Source: Blastocystis sp. subtype 4 (lineage: Eukaryota). From it: 51,370 nt of DNA. The notes below the pieces were generated by a model, which was not told where the DNA came from, made no database searches, and was given only the letters and a program-made list of their open reading frames with translations. A program made the position numbers and the translations under genes. Every line of letters begins with the position of its first letter. Within the stretch, counting starts at the first letter, position 1. The stretch spans positions 1 to 51,370 of the forward strand of contig NW_014569509.1 in assembly GCF_000743755.1 (NCBI RefSeq), written 5' to 3'. Below are positions 36,531 to 49,499 of this stretch, one piece after another.

Positions 36531-37605
36531 TTTTTTTTCAAGATGGATGGGAAGAGAGACCTGGGAACTGTTGTTTTAACCAAATCAATTACGAAGAAGG
36601 AACCAATTGTCGGGAAAATCCTTGAAAATGGTTCTTCTGTGGAGTGTAATGGATCAACATACAATAGGTAGTGTATTTTGGTTTGATTGTGATGGATAGT
36701 GTGAATTCGTGGATCAATTCGTTGTACTACGAGTCCTGCTTTGATTCGAACGATGTGGAGTCTGATGATAGTATATAATAAATCGTCTTCTTAGAACAAT
36801 GTTTTCAACAAACAATGAACATCTACTTCTACATGGTGTTAGTGGAGTGAAATCCGATATTGAACAGAATCAATCACATCGGTAGGAATCCAATATCATT
36901 CTAGCATAAATATGAAGAGAGAAGATAAGAACATCAACTCTCTGGTTTGTTATGCCGCAAAATACAATCATTCTACTTACACATACTATCCTAACAGCAA
37001 TCCAACGATTTTCCCTAAACAATATAAGTCATTGTTCTGTCAACTAGAAACAAAGGGTCTAGCCAACTGTAGACACGACAATCAATCTTCCGGAACAAAC
37101 TTATGGTCACCTGAAATCGAGTTCAAGGCCGAATGGGATTCCGGGTAAGAAAGAAGTTATAAACCTACTGCAAATTGTTAGAATGACTATTAATTAATAG
37201 CAGAGACGCCACTATTAACAGAATGATGCATTCAAGTCTTTTGGCGGATTTTTGACATCACTTGCTATCGAACAACAAGCAACGCTTCGAATCGCCAAAA
37301 ACGAAAACTGCTACTTACCCTAAACCAAAGTAGAGATACGTCAGGAACTACAATATGGGTTACGTTTTAGTAAGAGATAGACACAAGGCAACTCTTGTGG
37401 ATAGCAACCATCCATTTTGCAGCTGTATATAAACAACACGGCACCAGAGCACGAGTCATTCCAGATAGAAGCTGCAATCCAAATCAAACATCCCCTACTT
37501 TAATGATCCCTCTCTGACCAAAGAAAAAGTAATGGTGAAAAGAGAAAACGTCCAGTGGTCATTTCTGTATCCAAATCAAGATATCAAATTTCTAAACAAA
37601 CACAT

Positions 37606-39096
37606 TCATACACTACTCTTGATAATCTCCTTTCGTAGATTCAGACACACTGCAATCTTCTTGCTGAATAAGTCTGTTGGTTTGTTTGTCATGATCGCCG
37701 AACTCTACACAATCACTCTCCAGTACAATACTAACTGAGTCTTCAGCAGTGAAATAGTCACCTTCAATACAACCTTGGATAATACCATCACGAATGTTCT
37801 ATCTGATATTCTCTCTTCCTTTCCTACTCGCATGCATGTACAACGCGCCTCTTCCACATTGTCGAGTTCCAAGATTGAGGCAATTTCTGCCAACGAAATA
37901 CGACTGTAGCTCTTCGCCATTTTCACTAACGCAATTCGGATCACAGTATTATGCAATCTACAATCGACTTTCCTTCCTTTTCCTACCTGCTCACAATTCG
38001 CATTAATCCATCCTCCACAAATTGTTGCTTTTTCTGCTCAATTACATGTTTATAAGCCGATAAATCACCTTGCATCACCACCACAGCGAGATCACGGTAA
38101 GGTCGAAGAGGTCGTGTTGATGGCACTTGGTTGAGATCAGGCTTTTCTCCAATTAGCAATTTCACCAGAATAAAGAGCTTTCCCACCTCTTCAGCAAAGA
38201 CTCCATTGGGATTGCCATATTTCTTATGAATGACGAACAACGAATGTTCAGCCTCCGAGTAGTCTAATAGAACCGTAGATACAAGTGCTATGATGAAGAA
38301 GGATATGATTGATTACCCTTATAAAAACAGTATCGGACATACTGTTTATCAGATACATCAGAAGGATATTCAGTTTTCTGAAGGAAATGAGCTGCTGTTA
38401 AGTATTGTTTAGCATCAATGTAAACACGAAGAATACAATTGTATATGCCACTCTGGAATGAAAGTTCACTCATATTCCTTACACAAACAATCCGATTGTT
38501 ATGAAGACAACCAATGCGATAACTGCTCAGTAAATCGGGAAGAAGAGTTGGAAGAGGATAATGATGGTTATTTAATATCATCAGATAGGTGTAAAGACGA
38601 CATACAATATATTCCTTCTGTTTATCCATATAGCCGACAGTCTGGAAATGCATAATCAATTGATGGATGATTTGATAACACTAAATGACTGAAACAATAA
38701 CTAAGAATACATCCTCATATTTGTTTATTGATAAAAGTTGATACACGAGAATACTAGCAAGGTAATAATCCACAATATCTTTGGACTCCACTTTCACAGC
38801 ATCCACCTCTACACTCACTTCCTATGCATAAAAGGAACAGAAAACAACGACATTGTACTTGGCAATGATTCGCAACAGATCACTCTTTAGAACCGATGAA
38901 TTACTCATATATTGCTTGATAATCATTTCCATATTCTGAAAGTCGATGTGCTTCCGAATTGACGGGGTAAAGAGCAATACACGGTGAATCACAGGAACTT
39001 CTTTCGATGTGTTATTCTGATTCAGTAAACTAATATTCTTGAGAAGGGCTACGAGATCACAACAGACATACAACTCCTACCGTTAACCACGACCAT
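37606..39096 (-). CDS. PSMD3: 26S proteasome lid subunit RPN3 (divergent)
   Basis: NCILRVY..YLTAAHFLQKTEYPS..QYVRYCFYK, VKLLIGEKP, LRPYRDLAVVVMQGDL and HNTVIRIALVKMAKSYSRISL (PCI domain). TGA abuts the TGTTTGTT spacing. Confidence 0.85.
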
Positions 39097-39224
39097 TTGA
39101 ACGGGATTTGCGTTTTCCATCAGTCTTTCACAGTTGGTTTGAAGAAGTGAAGAGTTGTTGCGACCGAGGTTTTGCGGTGCCGAATAGCCGCACAGCCCAA
39201 CATCACCTTTCTAATCCATTCGCA

Positions 39225-42200
39225 ATGCTGATTCCTTGTGGTGATAGCATTGAACTACGGACACCTTCTGATTCCGTATACTGTTCGATGCAACTGAGCC
39301 CTGATGGTAAGGTGTATGCTATTGCTACAACGAAATTTATCCAGATTTGGTCTGCTGGACCCGAAACACTCCTTCTTTCACAACGCGAACTTCATCGTGC
39401 CGCTGGTCTTGCGGAAGATGTCATGAAACGGGTCTTTGTTGTATGGAAAGGGGATAGTTCGCAATTTGCCGTAGTGTGTGGTGAGGGAATAATCATTCTG
39501 TTCACGATTACCTATCTAGAGAGTCTTTTCTCTTTGGATTCTGGTTCTCAACGTCTCACTTATGTTCCAAGCTGTGATTTACAGCCTGGATCCATTTATA
39601 ACGTTGAGGAGTACGGATTTCCATTGTGTGTAAGTACAATGGAGTCTAATCTGATCCTTGGAACAGATTCGGGAAATTTAGTTGAAGTTGAGTGGAATGG
39701 AGTTTGTCGTGGATATCCGATTGCCGTTCCTATCATGATTCATCTTCCCGAAATTACCAAGGATCTTTCCTCTTCTCTTCAAATTGTCTCCTTGGATTAT
39801 GACGTGATATTAAGTGTTCTTGTTCTGGTGTTAAATAATGGTAGTTGTATTCTATTCCATATCAACTTTCAATCCCGAATTTATTTCTCGGGTGCTCATA
39901 TGATCCTTCAACAGGGAGCCACACATGTTAGTATTGGGAGTTATTCGCATATGATAGCAATTTCCCAATCTACAGGATCCATTATGGTATATCGATTGTG
40001 TTGGAAGAATGAAAGTTTGGTTCCTTCTCACTGTTTTGAGTTCAATATTCATCATTACGATGATTTGTACCCCACCTCGGATCCGAGTCATTCCATAATC
40101 ACTTCTATGGTATGGAACTGGGAAAATAATCATCTTTGTGTGTGCTATCAGGACCGATGCCTAGTGATTTGGAATCTGCAAGAATCTATTATTTGGTGGC
40201 ACTCAACAATACGTGCATGTTATGAATGGTCAGCACGAGGTGATGAGTTGATCTATGGAGATACAAGACTCTGTACACAGTTATTTTTGATAACACAAGA
40301 TGTGAACATTTGTACTTCACACGATCAAACTTTTTTTGCTTATAACTCACATGTTCTTGCTTGTACTCATTCATCACACCATTCTATTCTTCCCTCTCTC
40401 ATTCCACTTCCTTCTTCTTTCCTTTCCAGTTGTAGTTGGCCATTGATTGGAATGGTTACTTATCCTGGGTCTTCTCTTGTGTGTCTGTATACTTGTAATG
40501 ATGTTTGTTTGTATGTAGGAATGAATGATTTGTGGCGAGTAGCTACAGGTCTAATTCCTGTAAGTTTATTTCACAAATAATGATATAGGATGAAGACTAT
40601 ATCATGTCAGTATGTTGGATCACATCTTCTATCATTGTGTGTGGAGTTAGTGATGGGAATGATTGGGAGACTTCTTCCTTGATCTTCTTTAATACTAATG
40701 ATTTGAAGTCTGATCATGCAATCCAAACTGTTACAATTACAATTGCAGGTGATGCTCGTATCATGGATATGAGGTGTATGAATGATTGGTTGTTTGTTCT
40801 TCTCGCAGGTGAACAAATGCTTATCTATCATATTGAGAATTGTTATTTCTTTCATTTCAGTTGATGTATAGCAGACTGTTCTCTTCATCTCGTCCGTTCT
40901 GTTCTCATTCCTCACACAGGTTCAATTGCTCGTTTCATTCTACCAATTGATTCTCATTCTCTTTCTTCGTCTCCAATGGAATTTGGAGCTAGTAAGGATG
41001 AAGAGACGGAAGACAAGGGATTAGTTGATGAAATTCTTCTTCTCAATCATGATTACTCTTGTGATCGTCTAATGCTTCATGAATGTATTCGAGTTGATCT
41101 TGTAGAATATTCTGATGTTTAGCATAGTCTCATTGATCGTTGCTTTCAAGTCATCTTGATTTATGATTCTTTCAACTCTCTCTCTTTCCTTCAATCTTAT
41201 TACTTATTCTTCGGTTCTCATCGTTACTATGTTCATTCCTTTATCTCTCTCTAAATATTAGTGCTGGTTTCCTCAACTTATGCCTTCTCCTTCTGTATAT
41301 CGTTCATGGATTGGACCACGTCAGTATCAACTCAAGTTTATTCCTATTGGGTTCCTTCCTTCCTCTATATCCGTTATTTCGTTTACTAACGGGATATTCT
41401 CTCATCAGCACTCTCTTCAACTTGAAACACAATGTCTTGCTCATTCGCTTCTGCACGAACTTATCTCAATCGATCGTAATTCGGAAGCTTCTCTGCTTCT
41501 TCATTCTCTAATCACTCATCATATTCCATCACTCTCTCCTTCTCTTGAGTTCTTCATTCATTCTTCACTTAACCACGGTTCTTCGGAGCATCTCCATCAT
41601 TCTCTGTCTCTTCTCTCTTCTTCTTCTCTCTTCCCACGACTTCTAATCAACTGTCTTCGTAAACAGGAACGGACCATTTGGACTCGTGTTATTCATAACT
41701 CTCTCGATATTTTGTTCCTTTTCAGAACAACCCTCTATGGAGGAGACCTCGAATTAGCATCTGCTTGTATCAGTGTATTACAGGGAGTAGTCTGTTCAGG
41801 TTCTGAAGTTGCTATTAGTCCATCTCTTCCACTCTCTGAAACCTCTTATAGATGGTGCGATTTGAATGCATTGAGATACGTATGTCAGTCTTGGTTTCAA
41901 TCCTTCCTGGATTCACACTTGTTCATCTTTCAACCATGTGAGAATACTCCTTTGGATGTGTGTCTTGCTCACAAAGCAGGGATTGAGTTAATGCTCATGC
42001 TCGTGGTTCGAGGTATAATTACTGGGTTATCTGATGTTTATCGGTTTCTTGTAATGGAAGAGAACCGTCATTCTGAATTACAAGAGATCATTCCTCCTTG
42101 TTATCAAATTGATGTCATTCTTACATCACTTGCAATTCATCTTTTACAACAGGGATATCTGAAACATGTTTTAGAGCTTCAGCGAGAGATTGGTTGGACA

Positions 42201-42682
42201 TGGAGTTCAACTCCTTCTGATTGTCCTGTTTCTAATTATTATGATTCACTTACTCGATTGACGGCTGTCTCAAATCTCCAACTTCTTCCTTTGGATGTTT
42301 TTTCTGATCAGTCATTATTTCAAGAAATGACTCGGCGATGTACATTTTTGAATTTGTTCTAATCTAATAGATCAACAACAACCTTTGTATGTCGATTTGA
42401 TGTAGATATTCGTGTAGGGAGTTACATATAGACATTTGATTGATGCTATGGGCAACCATGTAGCAGATGACTGGAAATTGGTGCTAACTCTCCTGACATT
42501 TGATTTTGATGCGTTGGCAGCAATGACACTTCAAAATCGATTGAATTGGAGTCATTGTGAAATGGATTTGAAAAATGGAAAGAAGTAGGGTTCATTGGAA
42601 GTTTTTACGTAGTGAGTGGTACATATCTATGTTAGAATACTATTATCGCCTACAGCAAGAAAAGGAAAATCATTTGGCATAA
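39225..42682 (+). CDS. RIC1: RIC1 (RAB6 GEF subunit), WD40 plus RIC1 domain
   Basis: N-terminal beta-propeller, and C-terminal LINCLRKQERTIW..LFRTTL..DLELASACISVLQ matches RIC1. TAA at 42680-42682 is followed by 4 nt and TGTTTAAG. Confidence 0.8.
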
Positions 42683-42703
42683 CGCTTGTTTAAGAAACAT
42701 ACA

Positions 42704-43425
42704 TATACTAATGTCAGTTCCAGGTTCATGAAATCTCGTTTCAAAAATGTCATCCACCATTTACGACTCCAATCACCTTCACGGTACCTACAGTTACAGT
42801 ACAAGTTCACTCTTACACTCTCTCAACTAATCGCTTTGACAATTCAATTCGGATTTGATCCATATATGCATGATACATTGCTACCACTCAATCCAATCCA
42901 TTTATTCTACTTTTCTCTTGTTCATTCTTTGGAGGAAAAAGAAGACGGTTCAATGAATAGCCTGGAGAACCTGGTGTGTGCATTTTCTTTGCATTTGTTA
43001 GGTACAGAGCACGGGTTGCTAGAAATGAGGAGCATCCTACATAGAAACCTTCCTCTGCTGTTTTGCATTTTTCAATATCCTTCAAACACTAGAATCAATG
43101 AAGAGTTAAACCTTTACACGACTAATGTACAATATGAGTACAACTAGGAGACGATCTGCAGGTCCTTTGATTTCGAAGTTTGCAAAATAGACATTTCCTC
43201 GAAATAAGTCAAGGGCTTCGTCTACAATATCCTTGTAATCCGCTATAACGTTATCTCCAAGGAAATACAACGTACCTGAAGTAGGAACGGGAGCAGTTCC
43301 ACGAACAGAGCTACGAAATGGAAGCATGGCACAACCGCAACAGACTTCACAGGCTTCGTCGTTTTTACTGGATCCAACAGCAGGCTACATAGATGAGCAT
43401 CTTTAAAGTGGAAACAACATACCAT
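42704..43425 (-). CDS. ARPC3: Arp2/3 complex subunit 3 (p21-Arc)
   Basis: GCAMLPFRS..RGTAP..DIVDEALDLFRGNVYFANFEIKGPADRLLV..KWWMTFLKRDFMN. The first exon is ATG only. The predicted stop is TA(42705-42704)+A before TGTTTCTT. Confidence 0.95.
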
Positions 43426-43580
43426 AACTCCACAATAGTTCCGAGATAAGACAATATCGTTGACAACTCAATTGACAGAAATCGGGACTATTTGTCAAAG
43501 TCATATGTGTACATACAGTGAAGCCATTACTGTGTGGTATTCAACAAACAATACCAAAAGGAATATGTCACATAATCACC

Positions 43581-44483
43581 CTATGGAGTTGACTGCACAT
43601 TAACAGAAGATTTGGACCTCGTATTCTCCACCTTACGAATATGCTTCGCACACACCAAATTCTTATACACCGAAATCTCAAACACCACACGATCCCCAAC
43701 ATTCAAACTCTGTCCATCCTTCAACTCAACATCATTGAAGTGAAAGAACAAATCTCGTGTCGACAGCACTCTTCCTACCATTCGAATACGACCATTGTTC
43801 TGATGAATCCACTGAATACGACCTGTCACATCTCCCTGAGGCAGAGATGCAGGGTCGTCTGCATAGTAGTCCATTAACTCTTCAGTACCGCGAGGATGCG
43901 AAGACAACGAATCAACTTCGGAAAGAATGTCACCAGGTTTGCGGATCAGAGGAGTTACGGAACGAGATCCAACACGTTTCTCTCCAGAAGTGTAGAAGAT
44001 CATAGGAGAAGCACTGCGAATGGACATACGATGGTGATTGTTAGCTGAGTTATCGCGAACTTTCATTGGAGTTGCAGAACGAGAAGGGGAACGTTTGTTC
44101 ATGATCTGATATTGGAAGAATGGAGCATCTTCTGTTAGAGTGTCCTTGAGTTCGAGAAGTTCCTCGATTGAATAGACACGCTTCGGTGTTGGCTCGCCAT
44201 GCAAAACCGACTTCCTAAATGTTAGGCATGGAAGGAAAACATACGGCGGCTTTTCTTTAGCATCTCTCAAGTTCGTAGAGAGGAAATAAGCAGCTCCCAC
44301 AGTCAAGGAAGTTACCATTAAGACAACAACACCGATAAGACCATAGAACGGTGACAATGCTAGGAACGAAGCAACAGAAATCTAGAGTCATAGACAAATA
44401 AGAAAGGATACGATGAACGCTTGTTGGAAACGAGAACTACTCTTGAAGTAGAGTTCAAAACGAGAAGGACGATACTCCGTCAT
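43581..44483 (-). CDS. Membrane-anchored cold-shock-domain protein with a YxxxxLL (eIF4E-binding-like) motif
   Basis: N-terminal hydrophobic segments, then RVYSIEELLELK, S/R/P-rich repeats and the CSD TGRIQW..GRI..DLFFHFNDV..LNVGDRVVFEI..AKHIRK. TGTTTGTT at 43550-43543. Confidence 0.75.
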
Positions 44484-44604
44484 TGAGTCTAAAACGACAA
44501 GTCGGGTACAAAGAAACCCAAGAATTAGTGAGAGAACTCCAAATCACCGGTTGTGAAAAATTGGCAGGATTTCTGGAATAGTTTTCGTTTTCCAAAAACA
44601 GGTC

Positions 44605-45196
44605 ATGCAGGTTCTCCGGTAGGGAGTAGTTGATTTATTGTGATATTGTAGTGCAGTACCGAGAATAGGAACCAGCTTCTCTTTTACTCGGAGTGTGACG
44701 TAGTTTGTGTCTGCCAAAATGAAGTTTAGGAAATCTGTTCCGATTATCCTCTTACAGGACATGTGGAACTTGGGAAAGAAGGGAGATGTCGTTCTCGTTC
44801 GTCCAGGATATATGCGGAATTGCCTTGTTGCATTGGAGAGGGAGATATGACGTCTAGTATCCCAGCAAACTTGCAGTGTATGATGTGGCGTTAAATCGAA
44901 AGAAACTGGGTATTGATGAATCTTTGGTTCCGCATCAACCTGTGAAAGGAGAGCCAACACCCGAAGAGATTGAACGACGACGGCCAAAGGGTCCCAAGTT
45001 GACATTGGATCGATTTGCTCGTGAAGATGATGCAGGAAATATTTCCGATTTGAGTGAATTGAATATGACGATTGTCGATAATAAGCTGTCGATCACTCGC
45101 ATGTCGGAAGAAGAGGTGAAGCAACTGAAGCGAATGAAGCGTCATCACAAGCTGAAAGTGAAGAATCATGGTGATGAAATTGAATTCACGGAATGA
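44605..45196 (+). CDS. MRPL9: Mitochondrial-type ribosomal protein bL9
   Basis: Presequence-like N-terminus, then IILLQDMWNLGKKGDVVLVRPGYMRNCL|YPSKLAVY (L9 N-terminal domain). Confidence 0.85.
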
Positions 45197-45276
45197 GTCT
45201 TTTGGTTTGTTTGTTGGGAGTATCGTTTTTGGGGCTGCCCAATTCTAGGAAGCCTAAACCTCACAGTTTGCGATCA

Positions 45277-46065
45277 ATGGAAATCCTAGCATTCTCACAA
45301 GAAGAAAGGGATCTGGATATTGCGATTGATCGATTGTAATGGAGGAAAAGGAAAGTGATTCATAGATTTGAGCAGTATCAAGCGAAACAAGTAGTTCCAA
45401 AACCCGTGATTGTTGAAGATGCGATTTCAGAGGATTCGAGGAGTTCTGAGATTCAAATCCCAAAAGAGTCAAATCGAACGAAGAAAGTGGATGATACATC
45501 GATCTATGAGCAGTATTCGCTCTGCCGTTCCTTTCCTCGTGGAAATCATATTAAGCATGTAAATAGACAGTTGATTGCAATGAGGAGCAAAAATGGAGTT
45601 TTTGTATTACGTCCACATCATACATTCCAGTCAGGAGACACGTTGTCGCCTGCCTTTATGAGTCGTATTTTTTCCACAATTCTATTACGAGGCAATAAAG
45701 GAGATGTTGCTACCAGAGTTGCTCTGGATGAGTCTTATCCCTATCTGAAACGGAATATTCCCTCGGAGAAGGATTTAACAAGCAAGCGTATATTGACTGC
45801 ACCTGTTACTGTTCGACGAGGACCAGGACGGCCTTTCGGCACGTATTGTCCTAAATCTGTATCGAAGCGGTTGAAACCGAGTCAAACCAAATCGAAACAA
45901 TCGAAGGCCGTGAAACGATCCAAACGTTCCAAACGATTAGAAGAGTCATCAGACTCATCAGAGTTGCCTCCATTGCTACCACCAGCAGTGACAGAGGATC
46001 CCAATATAACTGAAATGATAAACGTTTTTGATATTTCATCCATTTTCCAGGGTTCATCCAAGTGA
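45277..46065 (+). CDS. Hypothetical basic protein with an AT-hook-like motif
   Basis: MEILAFSQEERDLDIAIDRL|FEQYQ.., RRGPGRP and K/R-rich NLS-like segments. TGA at 46063-46065, TGTTTGTT at 46068-46075. Confidence 0.6.
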
Positions 46066-46089
46066 TATGTTTGTTCCAACACACAAGAA

Positions 46090-49000
46090 AGTGAATCATT
46101 AGCCACAGATTCCGTACACGCGCAGCCATCTCACGAATGGCCCGTTGCGAATCATTTAATGTTGGTTCCAGGATTCGAGTAACTAAAGGAGCATATGAGA
46201 ACACGACAGTGAGTGGAAGATTAGCGAAGTCTCGGAACAGACGGAGAATCAAGATTCTGAATACAGGCTGATTGGTATCCAACTTTTGTGCCAACAAGGG
46301 GATAATTGTTGCAAGATCTGGTACAACTGAATTTGGACTCTGGGTGAAAAGGAGATGCAAGTCCTTCAGAGCCTCTTCCATCGCAACATCTCTTTGTAGA
46401 GCCTACGTGTTAACTGATGTTGACTTAATGACTAGCATGATGCATCGTAATCGCAATGACTCAGAGTGCTGGGTTAGATGGAGAATGTGGAAAATCAACT
46501 GAAAACTCTCACAAGAGGATGCTACAGAGAGTAGCCGATCCACGAGATTCTCAATCATTTTATCAGAAAGAGTTACCAATGTGAAATTCGATCCTACAAA
46601 GGTGATATACGAATGAAGAATTGAATCGGGAATCGCTGATTCATGAAGGAGTGATAAGAGTGACCACTTTTGAAGAGACGAACATCGAGATGACTCTATT
46701 GTTGTTTGTGTTCGAATGAATCTATTGAGTGATTCAGTATGCCGTAATCTCACTCTGTAAATGTCGCAAACACTTCTTTTCGGTCCATCAGAGCGAAAAA
46801 CTGGTGTTTGCTAACCCATTCGACGAATTCCGATTCTTCCACTTCAATAGGAATTGTACTGATTTGAGGAAGATAATGTCCAATGATAGAATGAGAATGA
46901 GATTGGACAAAGAGGAACACAAATCGAATCACATACTCACAAATTGGCGAATGATCGATAAGACAAAAGAGTTCTTCATCAGATTGAATGTGAGTAAGAA
47001 GAAGAAATGGTTCAACCAATGGAATCTTCTGAGCAATTTGAGTGAGTAAAGTGAACTGATTGGATGTAGGACATCTCTTCAGCAGATCGAACACATTTTC
47101 AATAACAAGTGAACAGTCTTGTTCCATTGTTGCTAATGATACTGTGATCAGATCCAGAAGAGTGTCACACACACATAGCTCACTTTCTTTGGATGTCAAT
47201 ACATGAACAATTTTCCTTCCGATTTCTGTCAATGATGATGAAACTCCCTTCAAGGAGAGATGTTGATGAAGAGTGTTAGTGAGCAGAGATTGCTGAGATG
47301 ACTTAACAATCTCTTCCAGTATGATAGAAGAAGTCAATGAGTTGATATCACTGGCTACTAATGCATCACACAGCTTCGCTCCATGATGGTTCAATATGGC
47401 AGTTACAACATACCTCAAATCCGTCTCATCTATCTGATGGAGATTCATCAGCCATTCACATAACTCGGCTTCATTTGGGAGACTTCCTTCCTTATCCAAT
47501 TCTAATACACACTATCAATAAATCCACAAATTCTGGAATACCAATAATAGATATGAATTCTCATTAGGGAGTTGGTGAGAGGATGACGAGACCCGACTAA
47601 GGGATTGGACAAAATAGGAGAGAAGTTGTATCAAGTCATCAGATGGTTCAGAATGCTGTGCAACAATAACAGTGGAAAGAATGGCAATCAGCCCATCTCT
47701 AAAATCAGAACAAAAATCAATTCTTACAAAATGTCTGTATTCTGACAATCCTGAATAAGTCCCGAAAATTGATTTACGAATGTCTCATAGAGTGAAGGAT
47801 CCGCTCGTGTTGTCTGACGAAGGATTTGAGCCCAATGGAGATTAGACGGCGAAACCGGGGATTTTATTATGTTGGCAACAGCCTTTTCTTGAAGCGCATC
47901 TCTCCAATATCTCTCTTGGGAGGCTGCCATGACCTCAATAACGTGAATTAAATGTGTTTCTTCGGGAGTAGATGACGAACTCTCAACATATTCTTCCTAC
48001 AAGTCAATCTTTGTCTCCAACATTACTATCACCAGTTCAATCCATCGTTGTTTCTCTCCCTCTGTCATTACACATCCTGGACACATAATTTCACTCCATC
48101 CCCATTTCTCGCATAATCGACGCAAAACACCTGCTCCTTGTGTTTTGCTGTTGGGACTGGTGTCACGAAGTGCAGTTTCCAGATATGGAAGCAGGAGTGG
48201 AGTGGTACGAGAAGTTGCAGTTAAGGTATTGGCCACAGCAGTACAAACATCTTCCTAGAAATGATAAAATGAATGAAATTCAACAGATGTCACCACATCA
48301 CGATTTCCCGCCACAAGAGGAGGAGTGATGTATGTGACAGGAAAATAACCATTGATAAACATAAATAAATCATTTAGGGTATTGGGGGTCAATTGCGAGG
48401 CAAATCGCTCTAGGACTTGTTGAATGATGGAACAAACCTGAACAACGCCTCTTGGATCTTTTTCACCATCCACAATCTAGTTCTCAGTGAGGAGAGAATA
48501 CCTACGGAGAGAATGCATTGACAGAGATTATCTGTCTCTGAAAGCAAAGAAGAAGAGGGCAGAAGTGAAAGTAGAAGCTTATAAACGAGTCTGCGTGAAG
48601 AATATTTGAGGGTCCCAACTTTGATATCTGTACTGATAGAAGTAATAAAGGTCTTTGCTAACAACTATTAATGAAGCAACAATGACGAAACCCACAAGAA
48701 TGGAGTCATGATACGTCTTATCGATGGCAATCATCACATTTAACGCTTCTTCGGTTATCATAAAATCATCTAATCGCTTTGAAAAGAACTCAAAGAACAA
48801 GGCAGCGGTTTCCTGATTTGAAGGCAGTTGTGGATCGGTCAGCAACTGTCCAAATAAGTGAATTGCTCTTCTACGTCGTCCCGCATCATTACTATTGAGT
48901 TCCGTGCATTCATCGACAAAAGAGAGAAATGTATATTCATGGTTCACAAACTAGATTATGAGATACTCTCTATGCCAATACCGCTTTCAATATTGTGTTG

Positions 49001-49102
49001 TATGAAGCATTTCGTTCTTCCAGACTCCTTTCAATGTTGCAGTATGTATCGATCTAACTGTGACAAAATAAAGATTCTATATACAGCGCTTCGGATACTC
49101 AT
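46090..49102 (-). CDS. MMS19: MMS19/MET18 cytosolic Fe-S assembly targeting factor (HEAT repeats)
   Basis: FFEFFSKRLDD, MDGEKDPR, YFPVTY.TPP and C-terminal LNDSQRAIREMAARVRNLW. The predicted stop is T(46090)|TTCT TGTGTGTT. Confidence 0.9.
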
Positions 49103-49499
49103 AAAAGAATAGTGGAGTTAGAGATTCTAATCCCAATCTTTGTATCGTCTTTTGTCGTTCTGATAAATGGATTGTATGATACAACGAAGGTGGATCACAA
49201 CCAATGTATCGAAGTAGCGTTAGTTGATAGGCAATTAATTATTATGGATATGGAATTGTTATATCTGTGGTGATATACGTAGTAAAACGGAAACAGATGG
49301 TTAATGAGTGTTTCTACTATTCTCACGAATTTGATAGTTAATGGGAAAGTGCATTTAGGTTTCGTAGAATTGGCTAGTATTGGTGATGATTTGTGCTAGA
49401 CAAATGGGGTTTGTTTCTGAAAGTTTTGTCATCATCGGAAACTATGAGTTACTAGTTTCATCATAATCAAGTTTGGATATTTCTTGAGATGATTAACGG

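Noticed and set aside
45851..46089. MMS19 C-terminal extension in the ORF track
   Set aside because: It is non-homologous read-through past the predicted poly(A) stop.
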